This document shows, piece by piece, positions 1 to 12,900 of a stretch of DNA of 64,000 nt. Under the pieces are notes generated by a model, which ran no database searches, had not been told where the DNA came from, and was given only the letters and a program-made list of their open reading frames with translations. The stretch's first letter is position 1; every line of letters starts with the position of its first letter. Made by a program: the position numbers and the translations under genes. This stretch comes from Convolutriloba macropyga (Eukaryota): assembly GCF_964194025.1 (NCBI RefSeq), contig NC_134468.1, positions 15,996,001 to 16,060,000 of the forward strand, in the 5' to 3' direction.

Positions 1-1064
1 TCTTCATTTGAACATTTCTTTATTTGAAGAAATGTTGTTATTTGATGGAACATACATAATTGTTCTTCGGGGAAGAAATGTTGGAACTATAATTGTTGCT
101 CTTTTCGTCATTTTAAGATTTATATTGGTAAGCCTATATCTAGTATTGTGTTTACTTTATATTTTCAACTTAATCTGAAAAGTTTTACTGTCTTTGTTGT
201 TTCTTACTTTTTTTCAATCAACATATATTGTCGATGGTTTTTGGTGTATCATCCCTTGTTTGGTCTGGGTTCATTCTGAATTTTATGTCATTTTTGGCAG
301 CTTCCAGCTTGAACTGGACCGTTCAATACTTTTTTATCCAGGTTCATTGTCAAAAATCAGAGTCAAATTTTAAAGTCACGCGCACAATGGCAGACTTTGA
401 TAACCAGTTAGATTTTGATCAGTACTGATTTTGGGACGGGGTCGTTATGGGGTTTACGGAACACATCTCAAAAATTCCCTCAAAATTCCCAACCTCTTTT
501 GAATCTTAGTTGGATTTTTTTTATGTTCTGAATACTTAAAATCTTGCAAGATTACTATTTCAAGTTGTCAGGAGGGTTTGTTTGCATGTTGAAAAAATTT
601 CAATTGCATGTGCAAATCAAAAAGATCAATCGCCTCGCGTGTAAATTTGAAAAATTAGTGCAAGTGTCGAAAAAGTTCGACAAGAGTTCTTGTATAGGTG
701 TTATTATGACTTGGGTTAATGAACAACAATTGAAAATTATTGAGCTATTAACAGCTGCTTCAAGAAGTAGGTCTTCACAGTGTAAAGTGGCTAACTACAA
801 TAGAATTTTCAGTCTGCTATTTAGGAGCTGAAACTTCTGCCATTGAATTTTGCGCCCCGATAGTTTCAAGCTCAGGTAGACGAAAACTTGGTCACCGTAA
901 AAAAACTATTTGTTCATTTAAAAACTTTTCTAATAAAAAATATTGAATTTATTAGAATTTATTAGATTAAATATAGAATTTAATCAAAATATAAAATATA
1001 AAACGCGAGTGAAATTATGCTTAAAAAACTGTCCATCAGTTTGTTGTTCTGTTTGTTCAACTTC

Positions 1065-1260
1065 TCAGGGACAGTGATCTGGTTTATTTCCTTCAGTTTT
1101 CCATTGTCCGAATAGGAAATATCCGACTGTGAGTCCGAGAATGACAGAGAAGAAGAGCCACATGTTGAATGTCATCACCACTAACATCAGAAGGTAGCTG
1201 ATTGACGACTGGAGGAAGTGAAGGAAAGTCTGAATTAGATGTTCACCAGACAAATGATGC
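1065..1260 (-). CDS. SLC31A1: Ctr copper transporter, exon 4 (TM2 MxxxM, TM3 GxxxG, C-terminus)
   Basis: ttccag| acceptor; HLIQTFLHFLQSSISYLLMLVVMTFNMWLFFSVILGLTVGYFLF...DHCP-stop; minus-strand AATAAA motifs at about 948-963. Confidence 0.93.
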
Positions 1261-2454
1261 CTGGAACAAGGAAGAATGGAAACTATTTGCCTCAACACCC
1301 CCTCAACCCTCCCGCTCAAAGTCCATTAACATGTATTTTGCAAACTAATGCTTACCTTGTATATCAATTGAATATATTTTAGATGCTATACCCAGCTTAT
1401 CAATCAGACAATTAAAAATGCTCAGGGGATGTAAAGTGCAATTTTACTACACGGCCGAGCTGACTAGTAAAAGTCTGCCTAGAGCCTGATCATTAAGCTG
1501 CCGAAATCTGACCACTCACGATCGAGCTAATGATTTTGTTCAGTACAAATGTACGTGTACGACTTGCACTATAGAGAAAGTAGTTAATTGTAGCTCTAGT
1601 GAGCAAAAACCTAAATTTTGTCCCCAAGCACACACTAAAGTGCAATGCGAAAAAGTTTTTCAAATAGTATTTGCCATGTGTTTGCGAGCACCAAAAATAG
1701 CAAAGAGTTCACATGATACTACACAAAGTCACAAAATTTTGCAATCTGTAAGGTGAATATGAGAAAAAGTACTGTTTAAAATCTCATAAAATAAGTGAAT
1801 ACGTTATTGAGGTTCGTCAGGTCTCTATTTTCATGGATTGACAATATGGGTATCTCAAAGAAAAAAAATTAAGAACGAGAGACGTTTTAAAAATGCACTA
1901 AAAATTGAGAGATATTTTAAAAACAAATTGCAAATTTTTCAAAACTAGCTAAATTCTGATCTTGGGGAAATTTTTTGTCTTGTTTAATACAATAATTGTG
2001 AGCCCCTCATCTTTCGTTAAAATGATTAAAAACTTCACTGCTTCAAAAAGAAACTAAGGATGGAACTATTATTTCCCACTTCTTTCACAAAGTATAAATT
2101 TGCCCTTCTATGTTACACCTGCTATGTTGCACTTCTCACCGTGGTGACTTGATTTTTTCACTAATGTTCGACTCTACTTATCCGTAGAGCTAGGACCCAG
2201 CCACACCATGTTCACTCAATTCATCATTCGGTTAGATTGTGCTCGTGGGTTCCAATAAAAATTACAAAAATTGATCTTACAGCGTTAAAGTTCTTCTTCA
2301 GTTGCTTTAAAATTTCCATATTTGGAGCTGAAACCAAAAGTTTATATTTGAGTATGAGCGATTTTCTTGTAAACAACATTTGATCTTGACAGAACAACAC
2401 GATCGATGATTCACTGATGCGATAGAAAGTTATCGAAAGTGCTGTAAGAAAATG

Positions 2455-4423
2455 GGTGTCCTGTTTTTTCACCCCTATTCTTTTAACCCCCTATATTTTA
2501 ACCCCGATTTTTTAACCCCTATATCATTTAACCCCTCAATTATTTAACCCCTATATTGTTTCACCCCGATTTTAAGCTTCCTATAATTGAGGATAATTAA
2601 GCCTCAATTATTTCTATTTTAATTAATGGAGATTAAAATCGGGGTGAAATGACTGAGGTGTGAACATGCTTTTCACACCTCAATCATTTCACCCCGATTT
2701 TAATCTGTAAATTCATGGATCATAATTGTCAGGGACATAGAGCAAACGACACAATAGTTTAATGCAAAACTATAACAATTAGCGAATTAGTTATCTCAAC
2801 TAATCCTTAATGGGGCAATTAAAAGCAATTGAAAACTGGATTTAACTCAAGAACATTTCTTGTTTTATTGCATTTTGAATTCAGCATGATAACTGCCGAC
2901 TTTGAGTTTACTATTCTTCAAAAAACAAAGAAATATTAGTTGTAGAGGGGCATGAGTTTTATGTTAAAAGATTAAATAAGTTTACCACTGCCTGGAATTG
3001 CTCAAAATATCAAAGTTACAAGTGCCGCGTTTCCGCTTTAACAAAAGATGACCAACTCATTCGCGTGAACGGTGAGCACAATCATAGTGCTTCGATTGGA
3101 AAGCCGGCCACACGAAAAGTTATAAAAGAGATTGAAGCCCTGAGTGAAAACCTAACACCCGCAGCAGCCGTAGCTTCCGCAATTTTACCAGTAACTGACG
3201 TTCTTTCGACCCAGTATGCGTTGCCGTCAAAACCAAATTTAATACAAACCTCGCAGCGCTTAAGAAAGGTTATACAAACAGTGTCAGTTCATGAGCCATC
3301 GGACCGGCATTTTGATATACCCGATAAGTTTCAAGAGTTTTTGCGGTATGACACCGGAAAAGATGACAACGAGCGTATTTTAGTTTTTGGCGATCCCCAT
3401 ATGACATCGGTTCTCGAAAGCTCCAAGTTTTGGCTTGGGGATGGAACGTTTAAACTATCGCCCAAAAACTTCTATCAAATATAACTTTTGACTAATTTAC
3501 AAAAAGACGCTGCGGTGCAAAAATTAAACTTTTTGAATGCCTCATCCGGTCACAAATTCCCAAAGAAGAAGAAGTATGAGAATTTGAAAGGGAAAGTGCA
3601 AAACTTGATGCAAATTTACAGGGATGAAACTGATATCCATTTTTTCAGGTCTATTGCCAGTTTGACTTAGTTGTGTATTTATCGTGTATTTTATTATGTT
3701 TGTTTTTGTGTTAATTTAAATTCGAAATCCATCTTAATATTTTTGAGTTGGCGCCCTCCTTGCGTCCTCACGGAGTTACGTCGAAGCCTCATATCGTGAC
3801 TCATTAGGGAATTTGATCCCGGGCGTTAACCCTATGATGGGACCCCTAATTGGGAACACAGTTTTGCAACATTTAGATATGAAGCTTGCACAGCGTAGCT
3901 GCTAGCAAAAATATCAATCTGGATTTCATTGGAAATTCTGTTAAATACACGGTTGAATTTTGTTTTGAATTGCTAATTTATGCCTGCTCAGAAAGTACGT
4001 TTTAAAATTTAGCTTTCATCCTTTCATTTGAAAAGTACCCGTTTTTCCGTCTTCTAGACTAGGACAGTTTTTGAACTTTTTTGATTCAAATCAAAGTGCA
4101 ACATAAAAGAGGTCAGACTTGTCAAGTGTTCTTTTTCGATCAAAGGCATTGTTCTAAAAAGCAGTCTCGTCATTATTCTTTGATTTGAAACAAACGCAAG
4201 CTGTTCAATGCCGCACTCTTGAAGGTCAGTAGTTTTGTGTTATTTAAGTCCTTTGAACTTTAGCTTTGCTAATTGTTCTTTTGGATGCCGAAATAGATAA
4301 AAGATTTCGGTGTTAAACCGATTTCGGGGTGAATAAATTGCGGGGTTAAATGACTGAGGGGTGATTATATACGGGGTTAAATTATAGGGGGTTAAATAAA
4401 TCGGGGTGAAAAGAAGTAGAATC
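2455..4423 (+). mobile_element. Mutator-like (MULE) DNA transposon, internally deleted, in Ctr intron 3
   Basis: Perfect 9-bp TSD AAGAAAATG at 2446-2454 and 4424-4432; G...C termini; imperfect ~120-bp TIRs built from ttaacccc/ttcacccc subrepeats; transposase remnants inside. Confidence 0.92.
2887..3670 (+). pseudogene. FLYWCH-MULE transposase remnant
   Basis: After a frameshift near 2925: GHEFY...WNCSKYQSYKCRV...GEHNH (FLYWCH finger), then FWLGDGTFKLSPKNFYQI (first catalytic Asp region), joined directly to a C-terminal piece (LTNLQKDAA...FFRSIASLT). Most of the DDE core is missing. Confidence 0.85.
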
Positions 4424-5306
4424 AAGAAAATGACGGAATGTGTTAAATGATGGACTGGCGCTATAAGAAATATTTGCAAATGAACTGATCCAGGTGGAGG
4501 CCCTCGTTCAAAATTGCCCTTAATTAGACCATTTCATACTATAATTACGATCTTCAGACCCACCCAATCGATGATCACCCATGATCAGACCTTTGTTCGT
4601 TCAAAATTGTTGGCGCGTTCATGTTTTCGTTCAAAATTAGCAATAATCAGACTTAGGCCTAGTTCACAATATTGGCGCGTTTTTGCCTCGCTCAAGATTT
4701 TTGGTTGCGTTTTCGCCTCATAAAAATTTCTGGGGTCATGTTTGGCTCAACCAAAAAATTGGATACGTTGTTTTGGCTCGTTTAAAATTATCTATGATCA
4801 GACTCTGCCACGTTCAATCATTTTGCCTTTTTAGAACACCCATTGCAATTAATGCGGTAAAATTTACATTTCCTAATAATTGTGGTATTTAGCGTTGCAT
4901 GCGGCGATTGCAGTGAAAAAACTCACCTATCAAAACCGCAAATCTTACACAAATTCAACGCTTAAATGCACCAAAAATCGTCGGAAAATTCACCGTTCTC
5001 AAGAGTTTTAAAAATACTCATGAGAATTGCGGTGAATGCGATGAAAAAAATTTTCAATTTACTTTGTTGAAGGGTAAATTCTAGTGCAAATCTAGAAAAG
5101 TGTGTCCTGTAGTAAACGTCAAGATTCATGAAAACACAGTCCCCGGCCAAAATTGTCCATGCCGATTTGACCTTTTTGCACGAGAGTTCCAAAATTATTA
5201 TAGTGAATTGCAGATTTTCTTCAAAATGCTCAAAAATGCAATCTTCAAGGCTCCATTCCCATTAAGCGACCGGGATGGGGCTATATAGATATGAAAGTGC
5301 GCATAC

Positions 5307-5454
5307 CGGGTTTGGGGGCAACTGTCACCAGATATGTCTTTACTTCCAGTGGGTTTCACTCTTGACATCAGTCGGGGCACCAGATCTCTGCCTGCCTTCA
5401 GTGCCTCGTATCCCACAGCGACGAAGCACCAGAAGAAACAGGACAACACCAGCT
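5307..5454 (-). CDS. SLC31A1: Ctr copper transporter, exon 3 (TM1 and cytosolic loop)
   Basis: atccag| acceptor; ELVLSCFFWCFVAVGYEALKAGRD carries the Ctr YExLK motif; donor CG|gtatgc. Confidence 0.88.
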
Positions 5455-5990
5455 CTGGATTAGAAAACAAGAAAATAATTTGTGATGAGAATAATATTTA
5501 TAACTAGTCAACATGGTTCGGCGATGTAATTAGATTTTCTTAAGCATTTTTGTCGAAATTGCTCAGGAACCGAATTTTTCAAGAATTTTTCAAACCAAGC
5601 AGTTTGATGCGTTGAAGGAATTGTTCGACAGTAACGAAATAAACCTACTTTCAAAGAACGTGTTTTCGACTTACAAGCCAATCGAAAGGGTTAGGAATAA
5701 GTTAAGTAGAGCCCACTTTTACAATGTATTAAGAGATAAAAGTAGAAATGATCTTCAAAAAGTGAAACTACTCAAAATTTAGGTACAAGTAAACGCTAGT
5801 AATGCACAAGTTTAAGTACAAAATTCAGACTTCAAAAGTTCAAGACATGTAGATATCAGCATTTTGTTGTTCATATGTATGTCTAGATTTTTTTAACGTC
5901 CGCTTGTGTTTCACCTTTTTGAAACTCGTTGCAGTTCTGTAAATAAGCTTCCGAAATTTTTTGCTTAAATATTTAAAATAATGAGCATAC

Positions 5991-6051
5991 CCCAAGTTTT
6001 TGTTGTTTCCCAACGTTCCCATAGGATTGTGGCCCTCTTCCCAATGTAGAA
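5991..6051 (-). CDS. SLC31A1: Ctr copper transporter, exon 2
   Basis: tttcag| acceptor; FYIGKRATILWERWETTKTW; donor G|gtatgc. Joined to exon 1 it gives MQFYIG, matching the Ctr MxFYFG motif before TM1. Confidence 0.85.
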
Positions 6052-7535
6052 CTGAAATATATTAAAAATTTATCCAGAGAACATCAAGATCTTTTTACAC
6101 GGATTCTTTGCCTTATAATTGGGCTTGCGTTTTTGACGTGCTCGACTATGTGTACCCCTACCCTCCCCTGCACCTAGATTTAATAGGTCTTTTTATAAAT
6201 TTGACCTCAGGACTAGGGTGGAAAGCTGAACTATATGTATAAAAATTTATCACAAAGTTGAGAGAATTGGGAAAGTTGAAAACATTGATAAGAGGACAAA
6301 GTCAAGTATGTTGACATAATTGATGGAAACTGACTTCACCATTCTATCAAAATGGTAGTAAAGCCAAAATGGTAGTTTTATAGCCAGATAAGGCTAAGGA
6401 GCAATTTTCTGCTAATCATATCTCTTGAAATCAGTTAGTCTATGCATAGCTATTGCAGAATTGCTGAAATGGCGAATGATATATACCAATTGCTGATGCG
6501 TCTCTTTCAAACTGCTCAGGACAATTAAGTTCAATATTGATGTCAAACGTACAAAACAAAAATGTTAAAATAATAGCCTCTTAGAAAGATTGAATAAGCA
6601 AAATAAGTGTTAGCGAAAAAAAATTAATAGACTGATGAGGTTCGTTAAATTTTCGGCGCCAAGATAGAAACATCAGGTGATAAACTTGTGCCACGAACAA
6701 AATTGAACAATCTTATTCACTCAATTAAAAAAGATCAATCATTACAGTTTCCATACAATGACCATTTGCACTTGAATTTAAATTAAGTTCCAGAACCTTT
6801 TTCCTTTTTTTTTTAATTCAGCTGCCCATTGCATCTCTGATTAATACAGCCTGAATTATTACAGCTACAAAATTAGATAAGCGTTTCCAGAAGTTTCAAC
6901 AGTAAATTAGACTTATCAAAAACATAAAACGAATTTCAGTTAAAGTTTGAGCAACGTAGGTTTAAATTATTTGCTGCAAAATTTCTGCTAAAATGTTTAT
7001 ATTGAATGATCTTGGTCTATTTACTTTGCTGTTAGGAAATCTAACATCGACGTCTTGTGCGAGCCTTGAAACGAACTGTTCAGGCGAATTTTGCTAATTG
7101 CTCTATGATTTATAAATACACCAATTCTAAAATTAATTTTGTACGGTAGAAGAGTATCGGTTTTGTCGTATTGTTTGGCTTTGAATAAAGTTCTCGTTTT
7201 AATAACGAGAAATTGAAACAAAACGCCGGCAAGTTAATAAATAAGTAAAAAAAATCAGCGGTTGTTAAAACTAAACAGAAAAAATTTTAGAAACATGCAT
7301 AAAAATTCAAGAAGTATAATACGGAAACACTTACAATAAGACGTTCAGAATGGATAGAGAATTCAACTTGTTTCATGGTATGTCCTATAAGTAAATAGAA
7401 TGTACTGACAAAACTGTTTGCCAACCCGAGCAGAGAGACTTTTATCATACATGAGAAGAAAGAGCTTTGGTAGGTTTCATAGGTTTAAAAATTAATTTAG
7501 AAAATTATTAAATCATTATTAAATTTGAAGTGTAC

Positions 7536-7613
7536 CTGCATGAGATGGATGTCGGAATCCGTGTGATGGTCGTTCGTATCGACCTGATGATTCATTCCGC
7601 CCATATGAGCCAT
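7536..7613 (-). CDS. SLC31A1: Ctr/SLC31 copper transporter, coding exon 1 (His/Met-rich ectodomain). Model: 7613-7536, 6051-5991, 5454-5307, 1260-1065; 160 aa
   Basis: caaaATG start; translates MAHMGGMNHQVDTNDHHTDSDIHLMQ; phase-0 donor CAG|gtacac. The four exons total 483 nt with consistent phases 0/1/2 and GT-AG ends. Family assignment is solid; A1 versus A2 orthology is not tested. Confidence 0.88.
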
Positions 7614-7738
7614 TTTGATCACTTTTTATGTTTTGCGTTCAAAAATCACACGAAAGAACAGTAATTATACGGTCAAGTTTACACGAACAGTAAAAGTGCA
7701 GTAAACTACACTAAAACTGCATAAATTTAAGTATTGTC

Positions 7739-7755
7739 GACGTCAGCTTTTTATA
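7739..7755 (-). promoter_or_regulatory. Candidate Ctr core promoter: TATAAAAA followed by CRE-like TGACGTC
   Basis: Minus strand reads tataaaaagctgacgtc about 140 bp upstream of the Ctr ATG. Supported by motif and position only. Confidence 0.35.
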
Positions 7756-9509
7756 AACAACTTTATCTTCCACTTATTGTTATGTTTTGCAATAATTTAG
7801 CGAAGTCAGGCTTCAAAAACGAGTCTGAATTTGGTACAATAAATGTTTGCTTCAGAGCTCTTTTCGGCAAATTTTGTTCAAATTAATCCAAACAGCGGTC
7901 AATTGAAAGCAAAATGTCTGAAGTTTGAGCACTTTTTCAAATGATGAGACTGCACATTTTGTTCACGAATATAACGAGATGAACAGTGACGTCTTATTCG
8001 CTCGCCTTAAAAATGCGTCTAATTCGGTTTGAAGCCAACAAAGGCTGAGTTTGCACAAATGACTTTTTGTCTTTGGAAGTTTTCAGTCTATATAAAGATA
8101 AAGATGGTTCTTTAAATATCTAATTATAAAAGAAAAGTTGAAAAGTAGTCGAGATTGTGCTCCAAGTGCATAGTTGGTTTTGGATTCTGTCATCTTTGTC
8201 GGGGCGTGAGATTTGTACTGATACTTTTATTTGGCAGTTTTATTTGGGAACTTTATTCCAGCCAGGCTTTATTTGTTTCAATTTTTGTGAGGTCAAAATA
8301 ACCATTTTGCAAAAATACAAAAACTAGTAGAATTGAAAAGTCCTTGCATAACTGAAACGAATCGTTAATAACAACTTTTCCATTTTTGTTTTCTCGAAGG
8401 AAAAACGGGGAACTTTTTTTAGAGCTCTTTGCGCTATAAGTGAGCTTAGGCGTGTCCAAAATTACAACAAAAAATCACGCACTTGAAAAACTCAGTATAC
8501 ACACATTGTGATTGATATCTAAAAGCGAATGACCTTTTCTGTTAAATTAAGCCAGACATGGTAGCTCCACGGTGTAAAGAGAGAAGTGTACAGAATATCA
8601 GCAAAAACACTAGCAGAAATAATCCATATTTATCTTCCAAAAAAGGCATCAAAAAATTCATATGCTCAGCAAGAAACGTGAAACGTCGCAACTGCTTCGG
8701 GCTGTTAAATCGTGGACACTTTCAAATTTTCATAAAAATCGCGTTTCTTGACTGTGCCGTCACAAAGGTAAAAAGTTGTTAACAAAGACCTTCTTAAGCG
8801 AGCGTGTTAAATTTTCGCAATTTAATGAGCAATAGGAAGCTATTGTTAGAATTGGCGGCAGACAATGATTTCGACGCAACGCAACCAATTATTTCGAAAG
8901 TTTAGATTTGAAAAAAAAAGATTTTCAATTTTTTTCTGGTTTTGAAAATTTCATAATTTTATCAGTTTTAGAGTTTTGAAAAACAGGCATAGTTTACGAG
9001 AGGAAACTGGGAACTGTGCATTCGCAACTAAAAATCCAACCTTAATCATTCTTATTCTTGGCATAAATGTCCACCAATTGACTCAAATATAGACACCCTT
9101 CAGAATATAAACAATAAACAACGAGGCTCGGTAATGTGCGATCGCACATAAGGTTCCGACCCAGCTCATCCACAATTTTGACATATCTCTCCAGCAAATG
9201 AAGAACAGATAGAAAAACCCTAAAATTCAAGTTTTTTTCAAAAAAACTTGAATGAAAAGTTAGCCTCCAACTCAAATAACTCAGTGGAGTAAAAAATGAA
9301 GCTTTAAATTACTGAGATATGCCAATTTTAAGAAAGCGAGTCAAGACGAACTGCAAAATCTAACAACAACAACAACAAACTTTAATTACATCAAAAACTT
9401 TATGTCCGTTTTAAAAACTAAAACTGAATAACAAAGTCATAATATACTCCGATAAAACTGAAACTAAACAAAATAACTTGTGGTTTGCCACAAACGATAC
9501 GGGATTGGT

Positions 9510-10740
9510 TGATTATAAGGCTTCGTAACAGTGAGACAATAAAGAACAAAAACAGTAAAGTTGAAAAATTCGCTTGTAATTATTAAAAACAATTAAATTC
9601 GAAGTAATGAAGACCATTAGAAATCAACTAAAATATCCCATAAGTTTACAAATAACAATGCTTCTATAGAAGGGGAATAACCACTGTCGGGATTACCTTG
9701 TTTATGCTGTTACAAAAAGAACAAAAGATAGACAACAAACAAAAAATCGACTACAACTTGCCAGAAAACGCTTTCGAAGCCGTAAAGCCATTATTTGGCC
9801 CCCAAACTATGTTCGATTGCACCTTCTTCGAACAATGATAATTTACTATGAAACTTGTATTGAAACTTGTAATTTGCCAGAAAAGATATGGGACCAGTCC
9901 ATAATAAGGCTTGGTAACAATTAGACAATAATGAACAAAAACAATAAAATTGAGATATTCGCTTATAATTAACAAAAACAATTAAATTCAAAGTAATGAA
10001 GACCATTAGAAATCAAACAAAATGTCGCATAGGTTTACAATTACTAATGCTTTTATAGAAAGGCATTAACAACTATCGGTATTACAATGTGTATGCTGTT
10101 ACAAAAAGAACAACAAATAGACAACAAACAAAAAATCAATTAAAACTTGCCAGAAAACGCTTTTGAAGCCGTTAAGCCATAATTTAGCCCCAAATTTATG
10201 TTTAATTGCACCTTCTTTGAACAATGATAATGTATTATGTGACCTCTCATTAATAAAAACTAGTTAACATGTAGACAAACTTCTTTAAAGTTGAATTCTT
10301 GAATTCTTCTAATGAATTCTTTAAAAACATATCGTTTTTGACAACTTCGTTTGACAACAATAATGTTAAATTTGGCTTGTAATTAACGAGACCAGGTAAC
10401 AAAAAGACAATAAAAGGAACCAAATTGCGAAATTAATGTTTTCTTTTTATTAAATTTTGGAAAACAATTGTTTTCAAAGTCATGAAAGCCATCAGCTGTA
10501 AGCCTATATCATAACATCGGCTCATCTGTTTTTCCATGAAAACCAAAGAGACGGGGTCCTTGTACAGGAAATTTCATACATCTAAAAAGACAAAGTAAAA
10601 ACGACAGTTAAAAACAAGATTAAAAAGTTGAATTATATTCTTCGAGAAAGTAGTGTCGAAGCCGTTAAAACCTTAATCTAAATCTTTAAAGATTTTGATA
10701 TTATTAATTGTGCTTTATTTTGAAAGTCAATAATGTGAAA
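9510..10740. repeat. Tandem ~390-bp repeat: two good copies plus one decayed copy
   Basis: 9513-9850 matches 9901-10240 (for example gaagaccattagaaatcaa and cttgccagaaaacgcttt); weaker similarity over 10370-10740. Confidence 0.8.
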
Positions 10741-12033
10741 TATGAACTGTCGATAACGTGATAAAGCGACCAATTTCGAAGACATGAGAAATGGGCAAAA
10801 AACTAAAAATTAAAAAAAATTTAAAATCTATAAGTTACAAAGCCAGAAAACCGTAACTGAAAGCGTAAAACCTCATTAAAGATTGAATTTGAATTCAGTA
10901 GAACAAAAAGACATTCTTGCATTTATGACACATTGCTACAGAATGACAAATTAACAAAAAAAATGGGGCAAATTTCTTTAAGCCATTTTTTATTTGTATC
11001 AAATAAAATTTATATCAAATACTTTAAAGTCAAAACGACCATAAGCTTTCAAGTAACAAATTAGATACAATAATTTAGAACTAATTAGGGACCAATTGGA
11101 TTTATCTCTAGTAAGCTTTGATTTGAAAAGTCCTGTTATTTAATTAACATAAAAAAGATCAGTTTTTTTTTTATGAAAACGACCGACTGATTGCAATCCA
11201 AATTATTTTTGGATTGTAACAGTCCAAGATCGGCCCAGAGTTAGCCCTGCAAATGCTGTTTGTCCGTTCAGAAAATCTAACTTTTCGAATGTCATATATA
11301 TAGATATTTTGTTTGTCAAAAAATCAAAAATGAATGTTCAGTTTTTGATAATCAACGAGTAAAGTTAGCAAAAAACGGCAATGTTTTAATTACAGAGCTT
11401 TCTTAACGAAAGTTGAAGTAGAAATTGTCCCCTTTGGAACCTACAAAGATTGTGTTAGTGGTGTTTGGTTGTGCACTTCCTGAAAACTTAATCAAAATTG
11501 ACTGAAGAAACATATTTCGTGCTGTTGTTGATGAAAGAGTCTGGATTTTGAAATGTTTAGCCAGATTTTTTGACAAAGAAATTGAATAGAAATAGCTGAC
11601 AATATTTTTTGTCCCTAAAATAAATTCAACAAGACTTTCTTTAAAAAATTCCAACGAACTTTATCAAAATTTGCTAATTTTTTCTATCAAAATTCCGAAA
11701 AAAGTGAATAAAATCAACGGAATTCACTCTATTATCTCGAAAGTTTAAGCCTCGATAACTCCCTGTAAAAACGAAAATTAAAAAAATCTTTTTAATTCCA
11801 TATTCTTCGCTGGACAAGCTTTTTAATGATATCAGTCTCAACTCTCTACAATGAATATATCGATCGGCCAAAATTGACTGAACAATAAAAACCCATTTGA
11901 GTATATAGTTCCTCCCCCCTCAAGAGGGGTCGGAACAATAATGGTTCATATAGTTAGTTAATTAACAGTTCTTACTTAATTCATTATTAACGTAAAAGTT
12001 AAATAAATAGTTTCATATCATATGTTTTGATCG

Positions 12034-12900
12034 ATGGCATCAATTCCACAAGTTAAATCCAAGACATCAGCGAAATGTGGCCGTTGCAATAAAGGAGTCA
12101 GGGATGATTGTCTTCAAATTGGTTGTGAGTCCTTCCAACTTCCTCTTCACGGAGCATAAGTGCACTTCTCTCAAGACGATGTTAAATGGTTGGGATCAAA
12201 TCGAAATTGTCTGTGGCTCTGCAACTCTTGTGTTGAACAGAATAACACGTTGAACAGAATAGTAATTCCGTGATTCGAAAACCAAAGCTAAGTTAAATTG
12301 TTTATTAAAGTCAGTGAGCGATAAATTGTTATGGATTTTAATCCAAGTATTTTATACAATAGTTTTTGAAAAGCTGTCCACTAAAACCTACCCATTTAGA
12401 GTGATATGGCCTCAGGTTGTTTTCAAGTCCTATAAATGCTTGAGATACAATTGATCATGAATGGTGTTATCGAGTAGGAGGACACTTACTTGAAGCAAAT
12501 TGAAGTGGAATCTAAAGAAGTCCATAATTTAATATCTCTTACGGGTTTGACTATTGGGGGAAACGCATTACTGGGTTTGAATGACTTGGATTGAAGGTCA
12601 ACCCATTGAAAAAAGCGAAGAGGAACTGCCGCCATATTCCTATAACGACATCATATTTGCTAATTGTTCAGAACTGTTTCGCGAGAAGTCAGTACAAACC
12701 ATAACATTCAGCCACAAATCTGCAAAAAAGGCACGTTTCTGAGGGATCGAATCCTGTTGAAATTTGATTATTCGGGTTACTTGAATCCAGTTGAATTTTG
12801 ATTATTTATCTGCTAACAATTGGGCAAAATTTTACGCTAATTACGTTTTCGAGGGATCTAATTCGTTCGAATATTGAAATCGGACATAGATTACCCCCAC
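12034..12900 (+). pseudogene. Decayed LINE (CR1/L2-type) ORF1 with PHD finger
   Basis: MASIPQVKSKTSAKCGRCNKGVRDDCLQIGCESF..H.A*...WLCNSC is a degenerate PHD finger. QLIMNGVIE downstream resembles the ORF1 NxIIxGIPE motif. Stops and frameshifts are present. Confidence 0.65.

Larger units (their letters stand above)
7523..8783. repeat. Local duplication, copy A (Ctr exon 1 plus upstream ~1.2 kb)
   Basis: Colinear similarity with 13854-14958, from ttgaagtgtacctg to tcgcgtttcttgactgtgc. Confidence 0.9.

Noticed and set aside
825-872. Hairpin gagctgaaact...agtttcaagctc considered as a SECIS for the Ctr TGA
   Set aside because: It lacks a convincing SECIS core, lies beyond the likely poly(A) signals, and the TGA falls at the normal Ctr end.
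3755-3825. Minus-strand hammerhead-like words (ctaatgagtc...gacgtaac; tccgtgaggacgcaa)
   Set aside because: The core deviates from CUGANGA/GAAA and no NUH cleavage triplet precedes stem I.
7614-8783. Metal-response elements (TGCRCNC) upstream of Ctr
   Set aside because: I saw no convincing match on a by-eye scan.
9361-9390. (AAC)n plus tttaatt as a LINE 3' tail
   Set aside because: No adjacent RT homology was found to support it.
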